Shown here in pieces: positions 39,191 through 53,500 of a stretch of DNA of 64,000 nt; position 1 is the first letter of the stretch, and every line of letters begins with the position of its first letter. Under the pieces are notes generated by a model, which ran no database searches, was not told the origin of the DNA, and saw only the letters and a list, made by a program, of their open reading frames with translations. The DNA comes from Octopus sinensis (Eukaryota): contig NC_043000.1 of assembly GCF_006345805.1 (NCBI RefSeq), positions 45,260,001 through 45,324,000 of the forward strand. The letters run 5' to 3'. The position numbers were made by a program, and so were the translations under genes.

Positions 39191-41176
39191 ATATATAGCA
39201 AATTTATTTCTATATACAATTTATGGCAGTTATGCAATAGCTATTATGTCCCATGCATTTCTAAATTCGCATTTCTTTGAATTTCCTTTCTTTCTTTCTC
39301 ATTTAGCATTCCATATTTTCATGAAAGATTACAACTGTATGTAATAATTTTTGCTTAAGTTCAATTTGACATCCAAATATTTCTTTTCTTTTTTTAACTT
39401 TTATCAATAACTCGTTATCTTAACTTTAAAACCTAGCTATAAACCTCGAACCCTAATCTTAAATCCTAACTTCTAGTTCTTAACCCTAAATAATAAACCT
39501 TATGTTAAAACACATTTTGTATTCATAAACAGAATTTTTGGCTTGCAGAATTGAAATTATCTATATTTAATGCACCTAATGCAGAAAGAAATACAGGGTG
39601 AAAATATCTGAGAAGGAGATAAGGAAAAGTTATTTCTAAATGAAGAGAGTGTGAAGAGTAGCAAAAATATTTTATAAAAAGAAATTTTTTAAATCTTTTC
39701 ACTATCAAGAAGAAATTTTCTGCAATGAATTTAAAATAAAAAGAAAATAGGTATGTGAGGTTCTTTCAATGCATAATATCATTTGTATGAAATTTATGTT
39801 GTTTAATGCAAGTTCAGATAAGGCAGTAAGCTGGCTGAATTGTTAGTACCCCAGGCAAAATATTTAGTGACATTTCATCCATCTTCATGTTCTGAGTTCA
39901 AATTCCATCATGGTTAACTTTGCTTTTCATCCTTTCGGGATAAATAAAATAATAACTAATTGAATACTAGGAGTCAATGCAATTAGCTTAACCACTTCTG
40001 GAAATTGCTGGCCTTGTGCCAAAATTTGAAATCAATATAAGTGTAGATATGTTTGAGAGATTAACTATGATAAGAATTTTAAGAAAGTTACACCCTTAGT
40101 ATTGAGAACAATCATGTTTTTAAAAGACAAAATTCTGGGGAAAATAATAGGAGACACCTCCAAACTTCTAATTAAAATAACACAAATATGAACTGCAGTG
40201 AAAGGTGAGTCTGACTTTTAATTAGCATGGTGGAAACTCACTATGTATATGTATGCTTATTTGAATGTACATTTATTTATATGTGAATATAGGATAGAGC
40301 TGTTAAGTTAGGTCACTTGTTAGCAGTACTGGTTACATGTAACCCAGTGCAGTCTGTTTCATGGTTGGATCAGTGGCAACTAAACTGGAAACTCTACCAA
40401 GTTTATATCTGAGTCCATATAAGCTCTTGGGAAACCATCTAAGATTTTGTTGTTAAAATATATGTACAATAAATTGTTTCTACTTTTAGTTCTTTCCTGA
40501 CTCATAAAGACTCATAGGCTTAGTTTCCTGGTTTCCATGGCCTATATATTACCCATCTGGATGGGACACCAGTCTGTCACAGAATAACTCATTTTTGCCA
40601 GCTGAGTAGACTGGAGCAACATGAAATGAAGTGTTTTACTAAAAAACGCAATGTGTTGCCCAGTTCAGGAATTCAAACTACAATCTTACAATCATGTGTC
40701 CAACACCCTAATCACTAAACCACATACCTCCACTATCCTACAATACATATTTTAATTTTCTTAATACAATTCCTAATAATATTTAATTATAAAAAGGTAG
40801 CAGGTTGGCAGAAACGTTAGCACACCAAGCAAAATGCTTAGCCATATTTTGTCTGTCATTACATTCCGAGTTCAAATCCTGCTGCAGTCGACTTTGCCTT
40901 TCATCCTTTCTGGGGTTGGTAAATTAAGTACCAGTTGCAAACAGGGATCGATCTAATCGACTGGCCCCCTCCCCCAAAATTTTGGGCCTTGTACCTGATG
41001 TAGAAAAGAATGTTTAATTATAAAAAAATACAGTAGGATTCTTTTTTTATAAATACATTAAATGATTATGGAGGTCCAGTAGAGTAAAATGGGAATCAAA
41101 GGGGTCCATAGGCAAAAAAAAAACTGTTGTAAACCACTGATTTAAAGTTTTCAACATATACAAAATTAGACAATAT

Positions 41177-41600
41177 ATAGACACAGATGTGACTGTGGTA
41201 TGAAGCTTGCTTCCGAACCACATGGTTCTGAGTTCAGTCCCATTGCATGGCACCTTGGGCAAGTGTCTTCTACTATAACGTCAGGCCAACCAAAACTTTG
41301 TGAGTGGATTTAGCAGATGGACACTGAAAGAAGCCTGTCGTATGTTTGTGTGTGTGTATTTGTGTATGTGTTTACATGTATGTATCTGTGTTTGTCCCCC
41401 CACTATTGTTTGACAACTAATGCTGGTGTGTTTATGTCCCCATGACTTAGCAGTTCAGTAAAAGAGACCAATAGAATAGGTACCAGGCTTCCAAACAATA
41501 AGTCTTCGGATCGATTTCTTTAACTAAAATCCTTTAACATGGAACTCCAGCATGGCAACAGTCAAATGACTGAAACAAGTAAAAGAGTGAAAGAATAAAA
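41177..41600 (+). mobile_element. SINE family A (degenerate); a family C copy lies nearby at 40798-41010
   Basis: Similarity to other copies. Confidence 0.75.
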
Positions 41601-43969
41601 GAGTACTGTGAGGTCTGCAAATTCTTTCAGCTATCTTGGCCATCTCCTTACAACACAGTTGATTTGATGTTATCTTGTTAGTGGGTACATAGTGTAAAAA
41701 TGAGAGAGGAAGCTTGTGTTTGCAGCTCTTTTTTACTGTAAAACAACCAAACAAAACAAACTTGTACTAGTTTTGCATAGCTAAGACATTGCCCAATTTG
41801 ATGGACAAGCTATCATACACTACGAATGTAAATATTATATCTAATATATCTTCACAATCAAGAATATATAGCATTATTATTTCCATTGGTTATCAATTCA
41901 ACAACTTCTGCGTTTCATTAAAATTCACTATGTGGTACTATGATTGAAGGTCAGTTGACAGAGCGTAAACCGTGATAATGGGAATTTATAATCCATATTC
42001 TTTTCAAACAAATCTTCATTCACTTGTAGATCTTCATATGCTTCTTCAGACTATCAAAGCTGAGATTTGTATTAAATATTTTTTGTAAACTTTGGAGATC
42101 TTAAACTGATTTATTTCTTCTCTATTTTGACATTTCGGTATCTTGATTTGTTTTCTTTGGTTTACACTAAATTCTTTTTCTTTTTATCTGGTCCATTGTT
42201 ATTCTTCCTGCTACTATTTTTGAAATTGTTGTTGCTGTTGATGTTTCATTTTTTATTTTTCTCTTTTATTTACTATCATCAGATGACATTACATTAATTG
42301 GAATTCTTTATATCATTTTAATTCTCTTAACCAAATTTAATTTTTTTTTTTTAATTGTAACCTCTTCTAAACATTTTGCCATATGTTGTGTGATTCTATT
42401 GTTGTGGGAAGCACTCTGTCAAGATTTCCTATGAACCAGAAGTGAAAAATGTTGAAAAATAAAAAAAAATAGAAATTCAAGAATTAAATTTAAAGCTCGC
42501 AAGAAAAATTTTAAAAAATACTATACTACAATAAATAATTCCACAACTTAACATATATACACATACGTACATACATGTATACATATCCATACACACACAC
42601 ATATGTATGATGATGATGACATATATGTGTTTATGTATATGTATAAAGGCATACATATGTATGTGTGTACACGTATTTGTGTGTGTGTGCATGTGTGTAT
42701 TCTTTTTAGTTATTTATTTTGTTTCTGTAAATAACTCATGAGTTATTACTATGTGGTTTTAGCAATAACAAACGAAGGAAAAAAATGTGAAGTTGGAATC
42801 ATCAATAATTTATCACTTGTTTATAATTCTAAACAATTGCTCTGTGATAAACAGTTTATACATAAAGACAGAAAACTTCTGTCATATGTAGTTATAAAAT
42901 GGTTGCATTTAAAGTTACCATACTACTGGACAGAGTATGTCGGAATGGTTAAAAAGTTCAGTTCACAAGTGGAAGTTTGAAGGTTCCATCACACCAATTG
43001 CCACCTTTTTCTCTATAATCATGGCTTGACCCAGAATTTAGATAAGCAGAAACTACGTGGAGTTTAGTTGAAAGGCTGGTACTTGTAATTTACAGGTTCA
43101 CTTCTATTACACTGTGTCATAAGCCCTTTAGGGAAATATGTGAACGGTATATGTAACAGTGAAATAGCTTATTAGACAATCAAATGGATACTGATATACA
43201 ACAGGGAGCCATTATAATTTATTGCTGATCTGTGTGCATAGCCATCAGGGTGTGTTTAGTGGCAAAACAGTATATGCAGAGAAGAAGCTGTTGTATGAAA
43301 AGACAATAATTTATGGACAGTAACCAAATCATTGTATGCACAGTAAAGAAACTAGTGAAAAATTTGTGTTTATATATAGACATGGCTGTGTGATAAGAAG
43401 TTTGCTTCATAACTACAATATCTAAGTTTTGTCACACTGTATGGCAATTTAGGATGGTTTCTACTACTGACGTCTCAGGCCAAACAAAGCCTTGTGAATG
43501 GATTTGGTAGACAGAAACTGAAAGAATCCTGCTCTGTGTGTGTGAGTTTGTGAGTGTGTGTGTGTGGGTTTGTGTATATGTATGTGCATGTATATATGGA
43601 TTTGCGTGTATATGAACATGTACACACACACACATATAACATATAACATATATATATATATGAGTGTTTGTATATAAGTTAAAATTTAAAAGTTGGGTAT
43701 GTCTCTAGTACTAGGCTAATAAAGCACATTTACTGCCTATGGTTTCCTAATGTCATCCATGGTAATTGCACAATAATTGCTGGATCCACTAGGAATTCTT
43801 CAATGTTTAATGCGTATAACAGAAAAAACAGTGATGGAAAATTGAATATACAGGAAACGTTATTGATCACAACAATCGTTTTGATACAACCTGCATTGCT
43901 ACCTTGCAGGTGGGAAACTATGTAATTACACAGTGCAGAAGCATTTTATCAGTTCATGAAATAATCGGC

Positions 43970-44602
43970 CTCGTTAGACACATACTAGATTAGGAAGCAT
44001 TCAAGGAAACCAGATAGATCTGCTTAAAACAATGTCAGATTTTACCTGGTATGCTTTTGGTCAGCTGTCAGATGGGGCACCTGCCAAGTAGAAACCTTCA
44101 GCATTTCAAGCTCATTGTGCAGAATATTCTCAACTCTCTCAAGGGATATGCTAATAGCATTGGCTATTTGATTTATAGTCAGTCCCTGTCATCCATCACC
44201 ATGTGGTGAGCATGATCAATGTTTTCCTCAGTGTAGCAGTTGCAGGATATCCATACCTAAGGTCTTCTTCAAGACTCCCCTTTCCCTCCTAAATTCAGCT
44301 GCCCATTTTTGCACTGTTGGTAAAGCTCGAATGTTATCCCCTAATTTAATCTACAATCTCAGCATGAATTTCTTTTGGGAGCTAAGCCATTTTTCTGCAG
44401 GTACTCGATAACACCACAATGCCAAATTTTGTCCATTTTCAAGAGAAGTAGCTACTAGTTACTTTTGAAGTCTTCTTTCAACAGTCAGTTATCAGTTTAC
44501 CTGGAAACAAACAATAGAGTTATTAATACGAGGTGTTGAAATTAATGCATCCAATATTTCACTGCTCTAGCATCATTTATTCAACGTCAGTCTCTTTGAA
44601 GC
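43970..44602 (-). mobile_element. Mariner (DD34D-type) transposase 5' remnant, cut on its 5' side by a Gypsy insertion
   Basis: Minus strand from ATG at ~44383: MDKIWHCGVIEYLQK.GL..EIHAE...TVQKWAAEFRRG..SLEED; ISLERVENILHNEL.M.KVS.W.VP; ADLSGFLE.FL. Confidence 0.8.
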
Positions 44603-47152
44603 TGTTGTGGCGAGATTCACACACCCTCTGCGAGACTAGACTTGACCGAACGACTATAAATAGTAGCGGTCTGACTGAGAGACAGAAAGAATAGGCGTTA
44701 GTCCCTTGAGGTCGTAAGGTGTCGTTTTGACAGTTTGTTGGAATATCGTTTGTTGGTTTGTGTATAGTTTGTGAAGAGTTTGTTGGATTGTCATGAAGAT
44801 GTTACCCTACTTCGTTATATATTTTATTGTTACTACACGGTCATAGTGTAAACAAGTATGATCATTAATAGTGGTGATACTACAATAATTGGCGACGAGT
44901 AACCACGTTATAAAAATGGGCGTCGAGGATTCAAAGCTCATGCAGGTGAGTTAAATTTTTGTGATACAAAGTTGTTAATAATGGAAGACCTATTAGCTTT
45001 TACAATACAGTTTCAAAAACAGCACGAAGAACAGCAACAGGAGTTGCAGAAACAACTACTAAAGCAACAAGACAAACATCAGTTAATGGAGCTATGTCTT
45101 AAGAAGTCCAGAAGCACTATAAGTTCGTTTTCGCTAGATGGCATATCGAATTCTATAGCAGAGGATGGTATGATGTTTGTAGCGTTCTTTAGAATGTACG
45201 AAGAAATCTTCAAGGAAGAATGCAAGTCGTGGACAGACAGCAAAAAGTAAGACTATTATTACGTAAATTAGCGCATGCTATCCCCCAAAACTAGTGAAAT
45301 TTGTTTCCAAGAAACAGGCGAACAACTATCAAAAGTATTCAGTGATAGGAGTTCCCTTATTAACACTCGTTGGTGGTGTTGGAATCTAGTTACAAAAATC
45401 AGATGAAGACTTGTTACGTATGCCAGTACTGTAAACCGAATGTGCGAAAGGTTTAAACTGAAGGAACTAATTCCTGATGTGTTTAAGTGCCTAATTTTTG
45501 TGCAAGGGCTTATCGTAAAGAATAATGCGGAGATATGTGCAAGAATTCTCATGAATTCGAACAAGTGGTCCAAAGCATAACCCTGCAGGCAGTTGCAGAG
45601 GAGTATCAAAGAATGGTAAACTTTCGTCAGGACGTGAAGAAAATTGAAAAGAAAGAGTTCTCACAAGTACAAGCGTGCCGACCAGGAAGGTATAGGCAAA
45701 AAATATTAAGATTAAACCCATGCTACATATATGGAACACTACATTTCAAGAAGGATTATCCTTTCAAAACGCAAAAATGTTACAGTTGCTAAAAAGTAGG
45801 ACACAAGAGCTCACAACCCAGAGCAAAGTTAGGAAGGTCGAACATATAAAATTCTAAAGTTTTCTGATCGGCAAGTAGAAGCGACACCAAAAAGAAGGAA
45901 CTTATACATGTAAAAGTAAATTAAGTGAATATTAAATTACAACTAGACACTGGTAGCGATATCTCGATTATTAATACCGACACGTGGAAAAGAATTGGGA
46001 TACCTATATTAAGAAAAACACCAAAATTTGCACGAGGCGTGATAGGTTAAAAACTGCACTTCGTAGGCGAAATGTGGAGTGATATCGCATTTCGGGATAA
46101 AAACCTGTAGTGAAAAAGATTTCGTGGTAAAAAAAACACAACCAGTCTGTTCGGCACGGTCTGGTTGGAGTTGTTGGATTCTGGTCTGTAAGTCCCTAAT
46201 TCTGTTCTGTATAAGAAATAAATTGTGCGTACTGCTTGATCATTGTTGATAGCTTTACCAAGTGACCAGAAGTATGCATGTGTAGTCAACTTACCTCGAA
46301 GGCAACAATAAATTTCCTGCACGAACTTTCCGCTCGATACGATGTTCCGGACACTATAGTATCGGACAATAGAACACAATTTACAGGATACGAGTTCAAA
46401 AAATCTTACAAAATGCATGCAATCAAGCATATGTTGACCCCGCCTACTACCCGAGGTTAAATGGGCAAACAGAACGATTCGTAGATAATTTCAATCGAGC
46501 ACTTAAAATGCATATAACTAGTTAGGAAATAACAAAACGCAAACTAAATTCTTAAGGGTGTACAGAATAACGACCAATCCGAATACTATTTCAGGCAAGT
46601 CGCCTGCAGAGCTAATGTTCGCTCGAAGCATTAAATCAATCTTCAACAAATTGTTGCCAAAGGAAAAAGCGTATAGAGAAAATACAAAAATTTTAACTAA
46701 ACATTTTGATGTCGGAGAAAAAGTCCATTTCAAAGTATACAAAAACGGTAGAGAGTTGGCAGGATAGTGTAGTGATTAAAAGTATTGGAAACTTGGTGTA
46801 TTTAATAGAAGGTCAACGATGGGAGCATAAACGACACGTAAATTAATTAAAAATCAAGCATACAGAAGAAAGGAAGGAAATTCCAATGGAAATGTTTTAC
46901 ATGTTCGATGTGTCAGCACCGAAAGAGATTGAGCCTAGAAGGAACAATAGCAGATAACGTAAACAGACTGAACATTTAGAAATAATTTCCAAGCAGAAAA
47001 GGGGCTGAATTCCCTACGGAAGCAAAATTTCAAAAAGAAAAAAGTGTTGGAAAGGAATAAAAAAAATTTAATTTTCTACGGAAGTCAAGATCTCAAAAGG
47101 GGAGATGTTATGATGAGATTAATGACACCCACTGCGAGAATAGACTTCACCT
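44603..47152 (+). mobile_element. Decayed Ty3/Gypsy LTR retrotransposon lacking RT/RNaseH
   Basis: 5' LTR 44603-44887 (TGTTGTGG...CTACAATA); PBS TGGCGACGAG 44890-99; gag with CCHC knuckles; protease LDTGSDISII (~45940); integrase PDTIVSDN.TQF..EF and KSPAELMF; PPT 47095-47105; 3' LTR start TGTTATGATGAG at 47106, truncated at ~47152. Confidence 0.9.
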
Positions 47153-48530
47153 CAAATTGAGACCTATAATAGCAGGTCCCGCATGCGAAACCCACCGCCT
47201 CAATAACTTTTTAGATACCCTCTTAAAACCATTCCTCAAGTATGTCAAATGCTACATAAGGGACGACCTAGATATGCTCAATCACCTTCCTGAAACAATA
47301 AACAAAAACACCCTACTAGTATCCTTCGATGTAGTCAGCCTCTATTCCAATATCCCCCACAACCTAGGAACAGATGCAATTCAATTCTGGCTAGAGAATT
47401 ACGCCAACGAACTCCCACATCGCATCAAAAAAATTCATGATAGAAGGGTTAAACTTCATCTTGGAGAATAACTACTTCGCCTTCAAAGACAACTTCTATC
47501 GACAAAAATCGGGGAGTGCGATGGGTACGAGAATGGTCCCGCTTCTTTGCTAACCTAGTCATGGGATATCTAGAAATTAATCTTTATCGTAAGGTTCTAG
47601 ATAAATACGGCAGCCCATTCTCCTTCTATAGAGAAAATAACTGGAAGAGATTCCTCGATGACTGTTTCATTCTTTGCCATGAAAGTATAGAGAGACTTAA
47701 AGAATTCCAAGCACTTGTAAATGGACTTGACGTAAACACAATTCACGATGGAATATAGTCATCAACAACTTCTCGACATCCTAATTAAGAAATCTAACAA
47801 CGTAATAGAAACAGATATATACTATAAGACTACGGACTCCAAGCAATATCCACCGTTCAACTCATGCCATACCAGAATGAATATCCTTGCAAAAAGGATA
47901 TGTTCTATAGTTTCTAATGCAAGCACCAGGAACACACGACTACATGAACTAAAGGATACACTCATCACCAGGAACTACCCACCTTCACTAATTGACATAT
48001 ACTTTCAGCGTGCCCTACAACCCAACATCCACGAACTCAGACATCCCAAATTAAAGGATTTACAACCAAAAGTCCTACCAGACATCTCCACACACAACCC
48101 TCTTAACAATGAAATGAAACCTTCAAGACATTCCCCTCCTAAAAAGGGACCACAGAATGAACTTAATCCTCCAAATACACACCGTCATAAAAAGTAAGAG
48201 ATAGCCCAAATCTTTGAAGTCTCCGAACACAAGACTGAATACGCTCAACAACAACACTGAAGCCGTCAGTAAAAAAATGTGGAAGACCCAACTGCGGGAT
48301 ATGCGTCAATTTAATCGAGGGATCAGAGTTCTCCTTCAAAGAGGGACAACGTTTCACAGTGAAAAGCAGCTTCACATGTGCTTCGGAGAACCTGATATAC
48401 GCACTAACCTGCTCTGGGTATCAAAAGCAATGCATAGGCCAAACAAAAAACAGTCTTCGTCAAAGGATGGCTCTACATAGATCCCAGGTCAAAATTCAGA
48501 TATAGAGAAAAATAGCCGATCCCAGAGTTG
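47153..48530 (+). mobile_element. 5'-truncated Penelope-like element (RT plus GIY-YIG endonuclease pseudogene)
   Basis: RPIIAG; LVSFDVVSLYSNIP; AMGT..FANLVMGYLE; WKRFLDDCFI; LDILI; DIYYKTTDS.QY; ENLIYALTC.G..KQCIGQT (GIY-YIG). Frameshifts present. Confidence 0.9.
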
Positions 48531-50495
48531 CTGGCACCTATGGAAGAAGGAGACCCAGGAAGACATGGGCTGAAGTGGAAGGACCGATCTCAGGATCCTG
48601 GGCCTCATGGTAGAGATGACAATATCTCTCCACTCCCTCTATATGGCCAGGTTTTACCAGTTACTACATACTACTACCCACCTCTACATTCATTGCATTT
48701 ACGCGAAGTCTCTACTCCCTAATCATTCACCTTGTCAACACCCTACCATTTATATATTCTGACCCTATATCTTGAAGGCATGCCCTTCCACTTTACTATT
48801 ACTTATCTCTCCCTTGTTCTTCCCTACCAGCTGATTTATATTCTGATCCCAGTTCCTTGTGAGAATGCCCTGACACTTCACCACCATCTCTCTCCTGATT
48901 TCTTGCATTCTTGATCTCTTCCACTCTCTCTTTTTTTCTTGCTCTCTTTCAGTCCGTCTCTTCCTCTTGCTCTCTCCTGCTGACTAGTTAACCATGTACC
49001 TCCTCTACAGCATCACACCTGTAACTGACCTCAATCTTGATCACTCCTTCTCCCTCCCCTCTCACACACACACTCTCTCTATCAATCTATCTATCTGTGA
49101 CCAGGTAATCATGTACTCCTCTACAGTAAGACACCTGTTTCTATCTCTCTGTCATACTCTAACGTTTTAATATCTAGCACAAGATCACCTCCTCCAATGT
49201 CACACCACCTCTCAAGGGATCTTTGTCTTGCAAGTTACTTGTTGACTCCACCAGTGCTGGTGCCACATAAAAAGCATCCAATCCACATGGCAAAATGGTT
49301 GTCCAGATGTAAAAAAAAGTCCATGTCAGAACAGATTGCAAAGCATGGTGCAGACCTCTGCCTAGCTAGCTCCTGTCAAACTGTCCAACCCATGCTAAAG
49401 CATGGAAAGTAGATGTTAAATGATGATGATGATATGTGTGTGTGTAAATGTATTTATGTTTGTATGTATATGTGTGCCTTTGTATTTGTCCCCAGCACTC
49501 CTTTACAACCAATTTTAGTTTGTTTATCTCTCAGCAAGTTAGCACCTTAGCAAGAGAGAGTGGTAGAATAAATACTAGACAGAATAAAAGAGGAATTACA
49601 GTGGTTGAGTTGTTCTATGAAACCCTGGAAGGCGCTTACCCCACCATGGCTGTAGACCTGTCACTGAAATAAGTAAAACTAGAATGTATAAAAATACAAT
49701 CAGCAAATTTTAGTTCAGTAAATTAACTGCCATTTATGCATGGACGTAACTTCTGTATGTACAATGGTTAAGCATAGTATGTTTACTGAACAGTGTATGT
49801 ACTGTAAACAAACTGTTGTGTGTATAATGGCAAGTTATGGTGTATACAGCAAACACTGTATGAATGATAAACGTGTTTATTGTGTACACAAACCATATTG
49901 CTGTGTGTACAAGAACCAGACCTCTGGTGTGGTTAGTAAATAGCGTGTGTGCAGTGAACAAAGTACTTTGCAACATAGAGATAAGATTGGGTGTATAGAT
50001 TGTCAAAACCAAAAATAAATCTGTTTTTCGCATAGACACTTAATTAAAGTTAAAGAAATGTTAGGAGGTAATTAATGATGTTGCTGTTATTTAGCCTCTG
50101 GTTAGCATTGACCGACTAGACTCATGATCAAAGGTGCTCTAGCTGCAACTATCATGTCATTTTCTAACAGATTATTTCTGATTACTTTATCTACTACAAT
50201 ATCTCATATGATCTTCTTCAGAGGCAGTAGAGTGTGATATGAGAGAGACTGGCTGCTAATTTAGCTGATCAAATGACTATTTAAAAGTTCCCACATTGGT
50301 ATGAATTAGTATATCATATAAGCAAACAAATACGAGTAACCAGTCTTACATAATTCTTATATATTTGATATCAGCGATGTTTTGTCTATTTTATTTATAT
50401 TATTTTGTTCTTGTTTTTTTTTTTGTAGTAGACAAAAAATCACTGCTTTTGCTAAGGGCTGTCTTTCTTTTAATTTTATTGACCATAATAGATTT

Positions 50496-50732
50496 GAAGG
50501 TGGTGAGCTGGCAGAAACGTTAGCACGCCAGGTGAAATGCTTAGCGGTATTTCGTCTGCTGCTACAATCTGAGTTCAAATTCCGCCGAGGTCGACTTTGC
50601 CTTTCATCCTTTCGGGGTCGATAAATTAAGTACCAGTTATGCACTGGGGTCGGTTTAATCGACTTAATCCGTTTGTCTGACTTTGTTTGTCCCCTCTATG
50701 TTTAGCCCCTTGTGGGCAATAAAGAAATAAGA
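50496..50732 (+). mobile_element. SINE family C
   Basis: Near-identical to 22411-22652. Confidence 0.85.
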
Positions 50733-51355
50733 TTTTGAACAGTATTTTTTTAATCCTGCTATTTTGTTTCAGTCACTGGGCTGTGGCCATGCTGGAACAT
50801 CGACACCTTACTTTTAAGTTTGATACTTATTTTGTTAAGCATCTGTTTGTTGAACCACTAAAGTACAGGACATAAATAATGAAACCATTTTTAAATGGTA
50901 TCTGTGAAATACAGACAAACACATACAAGCACACTCAGCCACACAGACATAAAAGACAGATCTCCACATAAATTTCCACCATATTTCAAAATCAAACATC
51001 AATCAAATTTCACTACTGGTTATGATGTGTTTGGGTACTCCCAGCCCCACTCAATAACTGATTTTCAAATTGCTTACAAGTGCAACTAAATGCACAGGTA
51101 AGCATGTTTTGAGATACTTGGTGTTGAAGAACTACAACATTTTTAGGGTTTGATATTAAAATTCATTATGGGTTTTGAGTAGTTTATCTTTTGTATGTGG
51201 CTTATATTCTGAACCTAAATCTTTTTGTATCATTTTAATTTCTAAAGTACATAACACAACAGATGCATAATTTTGTCTCTCCGTTGTGTTTAACTTTCAA
51301 AGGATGCTGAATCTTAGTTATGCTTTGTCCTCTTCATTTTCATCAATAAAACCCT

Positions 51356-51439
51356 AAGGAGAAGCGCAATTGTTTTAAAGAAATTTTTCCTTTTCCTGAG
51401 AAAAGGAAAAATTTCTTCAAAACAATTGTGCTTCTCCTT
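51356..51439. repeat. Near-perfect 84-nt hairpin (40-bp stem, 4-nt loop)
   Basis: Arms 51356-51395 and 51400-51439; 2 DNA mismatches. Confidence 0.95.
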
Positions 51440-53339
51440 TTGTTGTTTTATTTTAATTGTTTTGAAACTTCTTTTCCCTTTCCTGTTGATCTCTGACACC
51501 TCATAGATTGTCAAATGTAACCATTATTTAATCCTTTATGCATGATAATGAAGTGATACTTGTATTTGGTACTGTTTGTGGTACTGTACTGGAAAATATT
51601 TCCTTTACTACCACCAGGGTTTTAGCTGGTGATGTTCTGGACACTGGGGTTTGTTTTACTTTTTAGTTATTTTCATTTTCCTTGTTTTCACTAAATATTC
51701 CAAATATTCATCTTTGGGATGTGTTTTACTCCAACAAATTTTTGAAACTAGGATTTCTACTCTGAATCCTTAATCTTAATTTTCTTTTTCTTTTTCCATC
51801 AGATATGGTTCTAGGATGGTAATATGGTAATGTAGCATTCAGAGGTCATTAGGATTTGCAAGTTCACTGTGATGCCTTTTGATCACATGTCATCTTCCTT
51901 CAAATCTTCTTTGCCTACTGCCCTATATTGTTATACATATATGTGATCTTGCCATAGACTATCGTTTCTTGTGCCCCTTATTGAAACTCTTTAAGGCAGA
52001 GATATATTGTCAGAAGTATGTCTGATAATTTCAGCCTGTGTTTTGCCTGTCACCAATTTTAAAGATACAGTAGATAATGTCAACATTTTTTAAAAATTTG
52101 AGGTAATTTCTCCCATTGCATTCTGTACTACTTAAGAAGAAAAATTTAATCCACTTCCTTTTTTCATAACTAAGACAAAATTCTTTTGTCATTGCATGGA
52201 TTATTTCCTGTTGCAAAGAAATGTTGCTTAGTTTTACTAAATTCTCCTATCTATATTCTTTTCTTCCAGCCTGTGAGAGATCCCAAACTTCCATCTGTTT
52301 CTTCTATAATGAAGGAAGTCTTAAAATTTACACACCTGCTGTGTGAACAGGCCACAATATTTGAAATCATGTGAGAGTTGCTACTACTGTTGTTATTATC
52401 ATTAAGTCATGTTAAAAGGATTTGTCTGAAAATTAGGTACATTCTCTTCAATTATTCACTAAACTGTTCATTTTATCTTCCTCATTCACACAAAGCTTAT
52501 ATCTTGATTTGTGCTATTTTGTAACCAATGTAGTATATTGTTGTGTTGCATAATTATATAAGTTAGAAATTTTGGATGTGAAATTGTAATGTCTGTCAAT
52601 AAAAGTTTGAAACTTTCTGAAATAAAACTCCTTCTTCCATTGTCTATCCACTGGGTATCAGGATTTCCTCAGGCAAATATAGGCTTTTATAAGTACTCCA
52701 AAGAATATTTTATTTGGTAATGCTTGAATAAAATGAGTTTCAAGTGGGGGAAAAAAACCCAATCTTTTCACACTATGTAAGTTGAAAATATCAACAAGAA
52801 AAACTAGAGCTATAATAATGTTTAGCAAAATATATTTGTGGTACAGCTGAGTGTAAGTAATGTACTATTTTCAGCAGCTTAGATATGTCATATTTCAAAA
52901 GTATATTATGGTTTTAAGCAGAAGGCAGCATTTTATTCAGTTGTTGTAATAGTACCATAGCCCTCTGTATAATTCTACATACAAGTATGGGACCTGATTG
53001 TCCTTTTATTTTGCACTTCATATATTGATTTGCAGTGCACAACAATAATAATTATACTTGTGTTTTGCTAGTTCATGAGTAGACTGCGCTTTATAGGTAT
53101 AAGAGAATATATTCTCATCAATGTGCCTGATGTTAATATGCCTAGAAGTCATACACAAGTGAGATAACTCACATCTGGTCCTAGTCAGGAGCGATAGACA
53201 TTAATGTTTCATTTTTGTGACTTGTTAATACTGCAGACTTGGAATAAGCTAAATCGCTGTCTATGATTATATACAAAATGGTGTAAGAACTGTCTGCTGA
53301 TATATTCCAATGTTTCATACTACAGAAAAATATATTTTA

Positions 53340-53348
53340 TATATATAC

Positions 53349-53435
<87 letters not shown>

Positions 53436-53500
53436 AGAGAGGGAGAGAGAGAGAGAGTGGTAGAGAGAGAAAGAGATGAAAGGGAGATGAGAGAATAGAA
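53340..53500. repeat. (TA)n(GA)n microsatellite
   Basis: Direct inspection. Confidence 0.9.

Noticed and set aside
39430-39500. Telomere-like ccctaa/aaccct words
   Set aside because: Irregular and few; not a true telomeric array.
42235-42300. CTGATGA...GAAAC on the minus strand
   Set aside because: No stem II pairing and no GUH after stem III; chance co-occurrence.
49760-49960. Recurring tgtgtaca...aaac words with variable spacers (CRISPR-like look)
   Set aside because: Repeats are short, inexact and irregularly spaced; eukaryotic context with no cas genes. Degenerate minisatellite.
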